The notes beneath the pieces are model-generated. The model ran no database searches. It saw only the letters and a list, made by a program, of their open reading frames with translations, and was not told where the DNA came from. Below are positions 36,110 through 49,790 of a stretch of DNA of 64,000 nucleotides, piece after piece. The translations under genes and the position numbers were made by a program. The stretch covers positions 62,001 through 126,000 of the forward strand of contig JAQGDQ010000113.1 in NCBI GenBank assembly GCA_030141605.1, given 5' to 3'. Positions within the stretch are counted from its first letter, which is position 1. The number at the start of each line of letters is the position of its first letter. The stretch is from Tubiluchus corallicola. Its lineage: Eukaryota; Animalia; Priapulida.

Positions 36110-36680
36110 AACCTTTTGAATAAAAGCCAAGGATTCATGAATTCACAATGGATTGTCAAACAACTTCACACGAATATACTAGACCATAACTGACGGAATC
36201 AGATTTTCAATCCGCTATTAAATATTCAAGAAGGCTGAATACATCATTTTAGAAAAATGCCTAAGGTTTCGCAAATTCGCAACAGATTGTCATGAAACTT
36301 CTTACAAATGCACCAAATCATATCCCGCTCCGACTGACTTAGTCGGATTTTCGATTCGCTATTTTAACTTCAAGATTGCGGTGAAAACATCATTTTCAAA
36401 AAAAGCTTAAGGCTGTGACGATCTGCAATGGGTCGTTATACAACTTTGCAGGAACACACTAGAACGAATTCCGTATCGAATAACGAAGCCGAATTTTCGA
36501 TCCGCCTTTTTTAGTTCAAGGTGGTGGAGAAAACGTCATTGTGGGAAACCTAAGCCTCCACTAGTTTTCTCAACGGATCGTTATGAAACTTTGTAGCAAT
36601 ATACTAAAGCGAATTTTTCCATCGACTGACGGAGCCGGATTTTCGGACTGCCATTTTTGAATTTAAGTGGCAGCAAAATT
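36110..36680. repeat. Diverged tandem repeat with ~146-bp period, ~4 copies
   Basis: GGATTTTCGATCCGC-like motif at 36201, 36345, 36491 and 36637, each followed by a TTCAAG-like motif. Confidence 0.8.
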
Positions 36681-36699
36681 CTATACATACAGTTATAGA

Positions 36700-36784
36700 T
36701 TATTGTTAGTATTAGTGTTGGTATTTGTGTTGTTAGTGTTAATGTCAGTGTTAGTGTTGGCGTTAGTGCTAGTATTGGTCTTGG

Positions 36785-36827
<43 letters not shown>

Positions 36828-36910
36828 AGTGTTAATGTTATTCTTAGTAGCATTAGTATTTTTGGTTTTTAGTATCAGCGTCAGTGTTCGTTTTCGTGCT
36901 AGTGTTAGTT
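36700..36910. repeat. (GTT)n and (GTGTTA)n simple repeats
   Basis: Directly visible. Confidence 0.9.
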
Positions 36911-37065
36911 ATTCTTGTTATGTTTTTATCAGGCTGAAGCGAAAAGGTCGTTACAGAAAATTAAAAAGTCGGTAGGTAGTACCAGTTTGAAAAACAGCGT
37001 CTTTGCGAGAGTTAATCGAGTAGAGGATTATCTCTTAGAGTGAAGCAACATAATTAATATAACTA

Positions 37066-38002
37066 CAGTAGGCGCCGCTTAATAGACTCCTGGTTAATAG
37101 ACTCAATCGCTTAATTGACTCAAAAACAACTGGAATGGGGCCGCTTCTATTCAAATATACATAAACTATCGGTAATTGACTCAAATAATTCCGCATAATT
37201 GACTCAATATTTTTTCTTCACCTACTTAAAATAAGACATTTGTATGTGTCAAAAGAAAGAGCCTTTCCTACTTTTATGTCATCTTTACTTCCCTTTTGTG
37301 CACTATATATGCAGAAACAATCATGTTAAGTACCGTTTTGTTTATAAGCAGGTACGTTTATGCACTAATACGCTAGCGTAGCGGTTTTGGTTTGAATCTG
37401 TTACGTGTTCGCCCATTGCTGCCCAAAGAATTTCTGGAAGCTAAACATTTAACTACTTGCCTAGCGGTTTCCTTTTGATGTTCCTTGCAAATCACGCTTT
37501 CAGGCTTAATGAGTTAACAGTCGAAGATGCAGGTACAGTAATCAGAGTAAATATCGTAGAGCAAATAAGAGCAATGTAAGTGAGCAGACGATTCAGAACT
37601 GTTTTAGTCACACTCAACAACAGATTTTCAAAGCTTTTATAATTACGAGAACTTTGTGGACCAACTTCTTCGCGAGAAAATGAAGCAGCCGACTTTGAAG
37701 GAATTTTTGTAATTTTTGCAAATAAACAGACTTAGAAAATTGATTTAGAAAAGTATACTTTTTAATTTATTGCTAATTCACTAATATAAGTTAATATTTA
37801 AAATATTTTTTCTAATTTTTAACTGCTTAAAGGAATTTGGGCATTACTTCGTTTCTAAAATTCATTAATGCAGTGCATAGTAAGATGGTGACTCATACTT
37901 TTCTATAGCTGCAATACTTCACCTATCGGTTAATATATTCAGTCGGTTAAATGGGTCAAAACACGTCGGTCCCAAAGTGAGTCTATTATGCGGCGCTTAC
38001 TG
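37066..38002 (+). mobile_element. pogo/Tigger-type non-autonomous DNA transposon
   Basis: 24-bp TIRs CAGTAGGCGCCGCTTAATAGACTC / GAGTCTATTATGCGGCGCTTACTG with TA TSD. Subterminal TAAT(A/T)GACTC repeats. Internal NVSEQTIQNCF transposase relic at ~37573-37605. Confidence 0.9.
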
Positions 38003-38457
38003 TAGTAGTATAAACCTCACACTATGTTGTTGCGTCATATAATAGGCACATTGATTAGATTTGCTAACAAGCGCAGAAGTAACAGAATACCTGAAACTGA
38101 GATTTATTTGTCAAGGAAGCACGGGAGAGTTACTTCCTAAATGTTAAAAGTCATAATAATTGCGCTTATTTTCAATATGGCTGAAAGGCGAGAATTTTAA
38201 AGGCGGTAGGATCTTGTTTCTGGACAAATTTAAGACGTCGTTTGTCGTAGAAAAGTAGGCGTGGGCCTTCTTCTTCTCGTGTAACTCTAATATTGTTTTC
38301 TATAAACTTTTGACGAACCACGTATAAAATGCAATTACGATTGTCATTAGTTAGAGGAACTAGATATGCCACTGGGTCAGGAGAAGTGTAAACAAAATCT
38401 ATTTTTCATGTTACATTTTAGTTTAGTGTATAGTTAGACAGATGTAGATATATATGA

Positions 38458-38981
38458 AGGAAAGGCCAAGCCTTTTGAGAAGTCAGGCTTATTTCAATGT
38501 TAGAAATATTTAGTAATAAAAGTGTGTTAAGCGTCTCGTGTAATTAGTAAAATTACTTTAAACTCGCGATAGTTTCACGCTTGGGCGCCCCATTTTGAAC
38601 GAACATCCTTCTAAAAATGAAGTTTATTGACTAACGAAAAGCACCGCGTTGTCACTGGAAGAGTATAACGAGGTTTTGCAAAAAAAAATAGATAGCCAGT
38701 TTTGGGATATCTTTGTATGAACTTTAAGCAAGCTGCAGAAGCTTGAAATAATTCAAACAGCACGCACTTATGGAAAGATAAGATGCGCTTACGGAAAGTA
38801 CACCTGTTACGACATAATTTTCAAGTGAATGGCGGCTACCACTGCATCAGAAAATTTCTATGCAGCGGTAGTGTCAATTAACTTTATGCTATATATATAG
38901 TCTTTTGCAAAGTTACATTTTTCTAGGTTTATGTGATAACAGTATAATAAACCCAACATTCTGAGTAACATATCCTTTCCT
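38458..38981. mobile_element. Possible Kolobok-like non-autonomous element
   Basis: AGGAAAGG...CCTTTCCT followed by TTAA at the right end. The left TTAA is not intact. Confidence 0.35.
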
Positions 38982-39362
38982 TTAAACAACATAAACATTA
39001 CGCTGATGTAGTAAGTGTCAAGTAACCTGTAACCTACATAGATTCATGATTCAAATTCGATGTAAGTTTTGAATTAGCCACATTTTTTCTATGGGTCATG
39101 TTCGATTTCAGATATTTGTTGTTACGGGATTAATTACATAAGTAACCTATCTAAACCATCTTATTATTTTAATTAAAATGTCTAAAATGGCGAAAACGAT
39201 CGTTAAGAAATCATGCGGTACCCAGTTTGGAGGTATGGTATGGCAAAATCGAAGTAAACAAATCAAAATCAATTTTTACAGCAAAAAACTCCCCGACTTT
39301 AAAATAACGATAATCAAATTACTGTAACCGTATCCTATCGTAGGTAGTCTAGAAAGAGTTGC

Positions 39363-39473
39363 GAGTCTGAAAAGTCAGAGTCTTCTGTGGTGTAATGGTT
39401 AGCATAGTTGTCAAGAAATCAGAAAGTTTTGGGTTCGAGTCCTAGTGGAGGTACAAAAAAGTTTCAGAGTTTC
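39363..39473 (+). repeat. tRNA-derived cassette (family A, second copy)
   Basis: A box TGGTGTAATGG and B box GGTTCGAGTCC. Flanks shared with 12293-12400. The anticodon stem does not pair. Confidence 0.7.
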
Positions 39474-42229
39474 TTCCAATTTACTATTGCTTTGGTGCGT
39501 TTATGAAAGGTAACTTATGTGTATGAACGTGAATACATATTAACATGAATCCTTTTAACACTGTACAATTCTTTAACACTGTGTAACACTTTAACACTGT
39601 AACAGTTCTAGACTTTGTGACTCACAATTATAAAAACAGCAAAATCCTCGTACAAGCTTTTTTGCAATTAGAATAATAGGTTTATCTGCCACAAATGCAC
39701 TTGATGTTCTAATAGCACATCAGAAGCAAATGGATTATTAGCTCACGTCATATTCAACTGCTGCTCGGCGAAACCCCAGATAATTAAATTAACTTACGTA
39801 TAATTAAGACTAAGAAGACAACCAGAAAGTGAAAGGAAGGCAGGAAAAAATTAAGGAAAAGAAAGGCGGGGCTGAGCATAATATGTAAAGTGAAGAAATC
39901 CTGCATCACAGAAATGGAACAACAGAAACTAACGTTCCTCTACTGAACTGTAAAAGAGTTGTTAAAACACCTCATCTTTGCATTTTGAATCATGTGACAA
40001 AAACGTGAAGCAAATCTGATGATTTATCTACTTCTTGGACTTTTGCAAGTTTTTTAATGGTTCACTGCTGTTCGCTTATATAATTTAGAAATAAAATGTG
40101 TTACAAACAACAATGTAAAAATATAGCTCCTTCGCTCAAGAAACCTGAATCTTGGGTAGTATAACTCTAGTGTTAACACTGCAAAAATAATCCCTCTCAT
40201 AGGCACCATAAATTGGCCTACAAAAATGGCACTATAACAGCTGAAATTGAGCAGCCTCATGGTACCATTGTGACGTATAGATCTATCACTGTATGGGGGA
40301 AACCATTCAATCTAATCACATTGTTTAGACAGGTATAGCTTTGTAGTTGCCGCAATATCAATCAATCTTTGTGTATTTGACGTATTGTCAATATTGCTGG
40401 AGGACCACTCAGATAAAAGTAAAATGTTACAAGCAATAACAGCCGAACAAGCTTTCTAGATGGACTGAATATCGTACTCATAACAGAAGCTCTATAACAG
40501 ACCGGCGTCTTCTCTCTACTTTCCTCAGAGCTGCTTTTGTTCTAAATTTACATAATTTGTGTTTGGTCATTTATAACTTAGTTGTAATTTCAGCTGTAGC
40601 GTTAGTCGATATCTCGGGTTGACCTTTTCCACCATGGTCGATGCTTGACAAGAACTTCCTCAATCTCTTGGAACTATAGTTGGCCAACTATAGTTATAGT
40701 GTAGCCTAAAAATAATTACTTGTATTGTCTTATAACATTTTACCACGCTTGAATGTGTGACAGTCTTAGAGAATTGTTGCTGTAAACAAGGCTAATTTTT
40801 TAAACTTTGCACGACCTAACTTTTTATCACTAAATTACTAAAAAAGAAAGAAGTTTAAATACTTGCGTATCAAGCCAAAGACCAGAGTTTTATTTCAACT
40901 TGACTGTATATAGACGATCTCAAAAGTAGAAAATTCTTAAGGACAGGAATGCGAAAAATATAATGAAAAATCTAAGAAGGAAGAACTGAAAATAAAGACA
41001 CGATGTTACATTGATTCGCTGAACTCATTTAATTATTTAGCTTTGAAAAATTAACTTTAAAAATGATTAGTTATTTCATTTATTTATTTATTTAGTTTCT
41101 TACTTGCTCGAATACTGAAATGCGGTGTCATTTTAGTAACTTATTGTGGATTGTTTATTAATTATTCCAGTTTTTGTGATTAATAATTATTATATCCTAC
41201 CAACACCAAAGAATAGCGTCACTTTATAGTTTCAAAAGCAGGCGACGTCGGACTTGCCGAATTGTCTTAATAAAGAAACAAGAGTACAAACAAAAAATTG
41301 AATTGTTCAAATTACAGTTTACAGATTTTTTTGCAATTAAATTTATTAACATTTTAGATGCTTGGTGACACCAAACTTTGTTTAGACAGAGAACAAAGTG
41401 CCATGTGACAAGGTTGTGGTTATGCTGCTGTGCTGTCAGTGGAAAAATTGCCTTTGCTATTAAATTTATTGGCATTTGAGATACTTGATATCATTAAATG
41501 GAGCAGGTATTGACTATTTGCTACCTATTTCAATTTCGCACTTTCAGCATCAGGCATCCACTCGTCAGCTTTCCAGACGTTGTAATGTGTCCCGTAGACG
41601 TAAGTGACAGTGTGGGACTTATAGATTCAGTTTAAACCTATCGAGCTTAGACTAACAGCGAGCGGTAGGGCTTACTTCTATTATAGATTAGATTAATGGT
41701 CGATGCTAGATACATTATACAGAATTCAATTCAATTAAGCTCGCGGTACTGCAAGCGTGAAACAAGCCTGACTTCTCTCGCATATGCGTAATTTGCACAG
41801 TAGATTCAGAATCCTGGTGCTGATTGTTTGATATTTGCAGGTCCAACAGATCTAGAACACGTTAAGTGGATTTTGCCATATATTCTTGCAGTCAATCACA
41901 CGTCTGCAGCCAAGGAACTTAATAAAGCTGGTGTAAGTGGGCCAGCTATTATCACGTGGTAATAAACTTTCTCGTACAGCGTAACCGAAATGAGTGAATA
42001 TTACAAAGTTGAATTTCTGTTGATGTGTTACTTTACTAAGATCCCATTATCTGTTATATTAACATCCTGTTGTCTTTGTAAGCTGTATATTTTTATGCAT
42101 AAATAAACTTGTAATAATAATAATAATAATAATAAAATTTGTGCCCGAAAGCTATGCTTAATAGTAATTTTGATGATTCGGCCATCGTACGGTAGTTTAG
42201 GCTATTACTATGCTTGATGTATTATTTGA

Positions 42230-43460
42230 AATATCTTTACGCGTCAGAGCCTACATCACAAAAATTGAAGTTCTCTTTTTTGTATAGATGTGGAAAACTC
42301 TTAGTGGTTTTTATAGGCTCTTTTATTGATGTCATCACAAAATGGCTTCTTCTGATAATATGTAACAAACAAAATTTTCGAAATTTGTTGGATAATTGTT
42401 GTTGAAGCATGGAAGCTGGCAGTAAATTTTAACAAAACTAGAATAATACAATTTAGTAAAACAAGAATGATGCCTACTAACATCCATTATATGTATGGAA
42501 ACAAACCTGTCAAAGTTGTAGAACCGTTTTAAAAAACAGGTCTTCTAACGGGATCATTTAAACCAGCACTTAAAGAATTAAAAAACGGAGGATTGGAAAC
42601 ATTAAATCTTTTAACTCTAAGTTAATTCAACACGAGTTATCCCCAATCATAGCCCTTCACTTATTCAGCAGTACAGTATTGCCGGTAGCACTATATGGTA
42701 GCGAAGTACGGGGACCTTTTTGCACCGAATTTAAGCGTAAAGTCACTGATAATAATGTGCCATAATACAGCACTGCCGAGAGTTTAAATACAAGATTTTG
42801 TAGCTGTATCCTCGGACCTTCTTTAAAATGTATCAATGAAACAATCTTGCAATAAAGTGTCAATAGTTGGGAAGGTTTTGTAAAAGAAACTTTAATACAT
42901 CTTGAACTGACACTGATTAGAGAAAGGACAAGCTACAATCAATAGAAAGTATCTAATTTGGGCAATAAGGAAAAAATAGAAAACATCCATGTAGTAAACT
43001 AGAAATTCGAAATTAATAGACCTATTAGAAAAAAATTATGACGGAAATAAATGCGCAGAAAATTCCAAGAATGGCTAAAATAGCGTTTCAAAGATTTCCA
43101 CTCAGTTCACACAGATTGGCTATTGAAATAAGAAGGCATCGTAAGGAAAAAAGCTTCCTATTAATCAACGTTTATGTCTGCATTGTAAAAAAACAGCCAT
43201 TGAAGACGAGCGACATGTCTTAATTTATTGTGAAGAATGCAAAATGGATAGAGAAAAAGCCAACACAGATATTGCAAGCATATGTCTTGACTTAAGTTTA
43301 ATATTTATACATTTTGCATGTTGTCAAATACATATACATAGCATACTTCAGGGTAAGACGTGGTTTTTGTTTTGTAATGCATCATGTATAATTTTGTGCA
43401 AACTGAGCGTGTGTCCTTGTAAAAGTGTTTCACCCAATAAATTATAAATCATAAATTGCA
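42230..43460 (+). mobile_element. Old LINE 3' relic
   Basis: FPLSSHRLAIEIRRH followed by a decayed RLC..C...IEDE.H...C zinc-knuckle motif. AATAAA plus a short ATAAAT tail at ~43436-43456. Confidence 0.6.
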
Positions 43461-44479
43461 ACTCGAATAATCTGAAATAAAGGCGAAACATTTTTTTGGA
43501 CAACACAAGATTGTGTAAATATTGTACCTCAACACCAAAGAATAGTAGCAGTTCTCCTTGGTCGGTTCGAATCCTGGCTTTCCGGAGGCCAAAAGATCCT
43601 GGTTCGATACTGGAAATTGTGCCGTCGTGTTGAAAATGTGTGTATCAGCAAAAATTGAACGTCGAAACAGAAAAATTAATCTTAAAATATTCTTAACTTA
43701 TCTTGCGTCTTCCATTCTAGTTCAACAATGGAGCAGGTGCTTAGATGGTACTCGCACCTGTCTGTCTCCCTGCTGAATCGACGACGCCGTTCCATATCAG
43801 CAGTTTTATACCTGCTATGCAGTGATGATATGCAATGGCTTCGTAATGGAGCGAAGCATCACAAACAAGTGGGGTAAAAATAAAGGGCTTTTCGCCGCCG
43901 CAACACTATTGTAAGATGATAAATTACAACGGATATTGTTCTTACTAAAACTAAGAATTTAAATTTTTAAAAAGATCTAAAAAAATTAAAAAGAACTAAA
44001 GAATTTAACATAAATCTTTATTATGAGAAGAGTATTGCGATATTCAAAGCTAAATTGTGAAGTCTTGTAGCACTAAGAAATAGTATAACACAAGCTGGAA
44101 TCTCAGTATTGTATCGGTTATTGTTGATTATTAGGTTCAGAAAACCGCTGTTGGGACAAACTGCCAAAAAGAAAGAAGAAATAGAGCGATTTTATTTTCG
44201 TACCGGTAATGATGTCAGGAGGGAGTACGCATAGAAGTAGTTCCTCAAGCTGTTCATTCATTTACTAATCAGATTCGATACTGCCTGACCTCGTGGTCGA
44301 CCAACCATCGTGACCGCCAGTTATCTTTTTCAAATGACAATAGAAACTACGATTTTTAAAAAAGTACAACTGTGTTTCTATTTCTTTATTTTTTTAAAAG
44401 GCAAGCATTTCCCAAAAATCTGTCATTGCATGAATCACATTTTCCAGAAAAAGCAGATCTGTAATTCCCCCCCTCCACT

Positions 44480-44706
44480 TAAAGCTGTTGAAGCCAGGTT
44501 CCCCTTCATGCTGCCAAAGCCAGGTTTCCCTTGATGCTGCTAAAGCCAGGTTCCTCTCGATGCTGCTAAAGCCAGGTCCCCTCCTCGAAACTGCTGAAGT
44601 CAGGTTCCCTTCAATGCTGCTGAAGCCAGGCTTCCCTCGGTGCCGATGAAGCCAGGTTTTGCCTTGATGTTGATGGAGCCAGGTCCAACCCTCGATGCTG
44701 CTGAAG
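44480..44706. repeat. Minisatellite, 26-28-bp unit GATGCTGCTAAAGCCAGGTTCCCCTC-like, ~8 copies
   Basis: AGCCAGG recurs at about 26-28-bp spacing. Confidence 0.9.
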
Positions 44707-45939
44707 ATGCCACACTGGACGTCGCCGCAGCCAGAGCCTCTTTCAATTATGATGTTACATTCGGATGTTTGGACACAGTTCTAATTATGACAAATCCTCT
44801 AGGCATTTATGACAGCGTGTGTTAGATGCTGATATTTGACTTGTGTATTTGCCTGCTCACTTGATGCAGCTAGTTTCATTATAGCCTTCAGACAGGAAGC
44901 TAGCCGATCATCACCCACCCTGCTGACAAAAGTAAGAATGACAAAACGCGATGAAACGTACAAAGTTGACGTTTTTCGGTGAGGGCATTGCGTGTGCACA
45001 CAGAGATTGTGGATACTAAAGTTGCGGCTACTGAGGCTGCGGATGTTCAGGTTTCAATATTGTTAATAATTAATTACTTTCATTCAAATGTACTGATCAT
45101 TGCAGGTTTTTTTGCAAAGCTCACACTTGCTTATAATGCGCGACTGAAAATCTGAAAATAAAAGCTAAATGTGCCTTTTTTAAATACCTGTTATCACAAC
45201 CTGCTGCAACTTGTTTTCTGTACTATAGCATCACAACCTGGCTGCATCATGAGTGTATCCCTGCGCCACCAGTTTCTTATACAGTTATTGAAAACGTGTT
45301 TTTGATAAAGGGCATGAAAATCTGATAGACTGTAAATTGCGTTTTCAAAGCGTTTGCTTTTTCTAAATCGTCTGTCAAAGCCCTATTTATCATCAAGTGC
45401 CTAGTTAACTTTAGTCTCTGCTACTATAAAAGCCACTTTATTTGCTGCAAGACTGCTTATTCTGGCGAATATAAAGTTCATTGCCTAATCTCGTCGTGCA
45501 ATTAGTCACAATATAAAATTATTTTATTTTATGTAATCAATCTACTCCGGAGGTCAGTTTTTAAACATTGAAGCATTTGATTCAGGAACATGTAAAATTC
45601 TTCGAGTAATTTGCAAAAACATTACGGCAGTTCTATGAGACAAAAGTTGTGAACACATGCGGGATATATCATAGACAGGCTCTTCTCGGATAAGTATTTT
45701 AACTCTGACATGATATTTGTATCCACTTATTTTCCTGCCGTTTCTCTTCGTTAGCAAATCATGTTTTAATTTAAACTTCTTGTAAGTGTAAATAACTCTT
45801 ACATACTTGAACATGGAAATCACTTTTGACGTTAGTTAAATATTTCAAGACAAGAATATACTTAAATAAATTTTACCTAAAAATGAAGATATGAGCACGA
45901 TACCACGTTAGGTGTCGTTGTGGCATTACAGCTGGTACG

Positions 45940-46512
45940 GTGTCAGTAATAATAATGGTTGCCTTGGTAACGGGGCAGTAATGATATTGGTGGTCATGAT
46001 AACAGCGGCTGAGATAATTTTGGTGATCATGGTAATCGCGGTACTATTTTATTAAGTTCATGGCGGTAAAGTTAAACAAAGACATCTCTATAGAAAATTA
46101 TTAGGTATTATATGGTCTGACAAAACATACAATAATGATCTGCATGATGTGGTCAAGAAGAATCCTTAGAGTATGGGGTCAGCTACTGACGTATATAGAT
46201 TTAGCAAATGCAACTCTAAATTTGCATCGTGGGCAGTGGCGGTGGACAAGAATGCGTGGCATCAACAGGTGGGGCGTACCACGTTTTTAGAATGTAGCAC
46301 CAGCTATGTAGGACCCAGACGGCGACGTAATCGCGGTAGTAATGATTTTGGTAGTTATGTTAATGGCGGTGTTGATCATTTTGGCAGTTGTCGTAAAGGT
46401 GGCAGTGATGATATTGGTGGTCGTTGTAATGGTGATATTGATGATTTTTGTGGTCACAGTAACTGTGGCAGCGGCGATATTGATGGAAACGGCAATGGTG
46501 GTAGTTATGAGA
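45940..46512. repeat. Degenerate ~30-bp repeat array (GGCAGTAATGATATTGGTGGTCATGATAAC-like) split by ~280 bp of other sequence
   Basis: Units at 45940-46045 and 46325-46512. Confidence 0.7.
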
Positions 46513-48505
46513 ATGGATTATAAAAAAATTATAAGAATTATAAATATAATAAGTATTATAAGTATTATAAGAAAAAATTAACAAAGAAGAAAATCAGAAA
46601 ACTGCTTAAACTTGAATGTAAACATTAGCATTCCTGATGCATATTTTTCAGAGCATGAATATTTCAGACAGCTGTAAACATTTTGATGCCTCTAATGGCG
46701 TTTACAAATCTATTCAATACGCACCTGCAGTTAATTATGTTACCGCTATAAAACTTTATACGTCCCAAATAAATAACCTCCCAACACGAAGCCACACGAA
46801 ACTGACACAATAAAACAAGCATCCCGGATAATTAAAATTGAAAAGTAATAAACATAGATAACTTGAAAACATGGCAATGACGATGAGCACGGCGCCAGTT
46901 CAATTGTTGATAGGTAAAATATGGGGCTTATAACATCATTGTTGATAGTGATCATGTACACGAATCTTAATTAGTGTCGATGCTGACGTGAAATGCCTGT
47001 TAATCGTTTACAGGGATTCCACGATGAAGCCACTGCTGAGGCTAAATCAAGCATCTGCATGTTCATTTCTTCGCGATTCTAAGAAATCCGGTATAGCAAC
47101 TATAAATGCAGAATCTTAGCGATCGGATTTTACTCAAAAACATTGCGGTATAACTATAGTTGCACTTCAATAGTTGTGCGATTTTTTTTCTTGATGTTCT
47201 ACTGTTATTCCAATAAAAGTATATACGTCTTTTGTTGTAGGCGTTATGATGTTTATATTTTCATTGCCTTAGAACTCGTTTAAATTTGCTCCTTACTTAA
47301 ATTTACGTTACCAGAGGATAAATCCTTTTTACGCTCTGTCTCTTTCCTTGTGCAATTTCTGTAATCGTTTTGTTCCCCTTTCTTTATATTGCTTTTCCGT
47401 CCCATCTTTGTTCCTTATCTCATTTTCTCTGTCTCAAACATGCAATTAGTATGCCTTCTTTTGCTGCAGGCAGATTGAAAATCTTGAGTCAATATATTGG
47501 CCTTAATCTCTAGTTAATGCTACTGATTGACTGAACACTTGATAATGTTATTGTAAGGCAATCACCAAACGTGCAGATTGTACTGAATCGGTGATTAATG
47601 GCTCGGAAAATGTGTTATTGTTACGGTATCACGTTTTTTTTGACTGTAACAATTATTATGTAACCTGTTTAATACTAAATACGTTACTTTTAGTATTTCT
47701 CTCAGAATGACTTTATTTTAAGAATTTTTTATTAATTTTATTTATATAATTATGCTTTTCTTTGATTTTATATCGGTCGGAGTATCAGTAACATCTAAAC
47801 AAGGAAAAAATTATCGCTGGACCTATGTTTTCCATAAAGAATTTAAAAAACAAGCTAGACTTGGATTTTAGAAGACATAGGAAGATTCGCACATCAGTTC
47901 AACCTACATATTTTAACAAAGAAAGATTAAACAAATTTCCCCAATCTTTGAAAACATGGAAGATCTTGCTAAAAATAAGCATTATTAGAAGCACACAGAT
48001 TTGGACACAAGGGTGTTTAGGTGAGCCAGGTGGATCAGGAAAGATAGGTGAACAGGGCAGGTAAATCAGGAAACCTGGATGCAAAGCACATCGTGATGTG
48101 TACATGCAAGACAGGATATCAGACACAGAAGACTAAACACACCAAGTTTTTCTAAGTACGGAACTCGAATTTCTTTCTATTGACGGTCCTAACTCAATAT
48201 AAACTTGATGGAGCATGACCGTGTTGTTAGATTTTATAAGTGATATAAAGTGAAATCGGTAAACTTCGTCATCAGGCCAATGGCTTCGGAGACACAGTGC
48301 GTGCTTAACAAGTGAATATTGTTATTATTATCATTTCTTTCATCTACGTACTAAGAAGAAAATCTTTAATAGACGCCTTTGTAAATATTGTAGAAGAAAA
48401 TTGTATTACTGACATAATTTTATATCGTAATATCTAAATGATAACACAGTTACCATTGCAATTTATGTTGTAATATATACATACATATATATATATATAT
48501 ATATA

Positions 48506-48850
48506 TTAGTAGTAGTTTAGTGTCACACATGACCATGTTATTACAGTAATCATTTCTACAGTAGTCATCACAAAACACATTTAGTATTTAGTACTAAGAC
48601 ACAGTATTCACATTAGTATTAATACCAAATAATTCAGCTGAAAATGCGTAAAATATCATTTCCAAATTTAGCTAATACTTCATTTTCCAGATTTAAAAAA
48701 TCATTCCAAGTATTTGAAGTGAGGTTATATTTCTTTCTTATACATTCCGTTTTCTTGCATGCCAAAACCACATGTTCCTCAACTTGCACGCTTATAATGT
48801 CGCAGGTACACGATCTCAAGTTTCTGGGTATTGGTGGTTAGCCCACCTTC
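48506..48850 (-). mobile_element. LINE 3' end relic (RTE-X-like zinc knuckle) with (CTA)n tail
   Basis: RSCTCDIISVQVEEHVVLAC. Minus-strand TAAACTACTACTAA tail at ~48506-48519. Confidence 0.6.
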
Positions 48851-49484
48851 CTGACTCAACGTAATGTATATATATATATATTCACTAGCTAAGAAAGCCT
48901 GTACCTGGATTTTGGTTTGCACTGTGTTGAATCGTCACAAACACTCGCAAACGTAAAACAACAGGCTGTCTTTGCTTCAAGGCAAATAAACTATTACATC
49001 AAATAAATTAGCTAAATCAAACAAACAAAAATCTTTTCTTTTTTGTTCATTTCTTTTTACTTTTTTTGATGTTGGCGTTATTAATTAAGTATGGTTTGAT
49101 CAAACAACTCTGATCAAACAAACTATCAATGCAAAAAAAACAAAAATGTGCTATAAGTCAACCGCGCGTAAACAATCTGAAACCTGTCTAATTACAGCGT
49201 GTACCATTCTCCCGTTAAATTAATAGGTATACTATTCTATTAATTATTTTCTTGTACAAGTTTCGCAATTATTCTGTTGTATCACAAGATTAATGATTTT
49301 CTGCAGCATACAGATATTAAAGAAAAACATGATAATTTTTGACATCCTATACCAATTTTAATACCTATAGTGATGCCAAAGTGTTCCTGATGAATATGTT
49401 AGAAATTAATTAAGGTCCGGTGAGCCAGTTAGTGATGACGTCATAACTGAACATAATTTTCAGCACCACAGGCATTCCACCTCA

Positions 49485-49790
49485 GTTTTTTGAAACTAGA
49501 AGATATTTATAATCTTGAATTATTTAAATTCATGTATAAGTTTAATAACCGGCAGTTGCCTGAACTATATACTAACTACTTTACATTAATCAAAGACTAT
49601 ACTAGGTCTTCCATTATGGGACAGTATTTTCAAATTCGATTTAACACAGCGTATGGCTTAAATACCTTACAGCACAATTGAGTTATTTTGTGGAATAGTA
49701 TGCCGAAGACAATCATTTCTTCCCATTCTTTAAAAATAACTACCAAGCAATATAAGACATTTTTAATTAGTAAATATACATCGGCGTTGA
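49485..49790 (+). mobile_element. L2/Crack-type LINE 3' relic
   Basis: LKLEDIYNLELFKFMYKFNNRQLPE followed by LWNSMP. A second relic with LW-type motif and tail lies at ~50780-51215. Confidence 0.65.

Noticed and set aside
39380-39455. Functional tRNA genes (also at 12310, 30700, 32535, 35087, 52440, 53745)
   Set aside because: A and B boxes are present but acceptor or anticodon stems are broken or deleted, so they were treated as tRNA-derived repeats.
44480-44706. Collagen-like GEPG repeats on the minus strand
   Set aside because: Unit length varies 26-28 bp, so no reading frame is kept.
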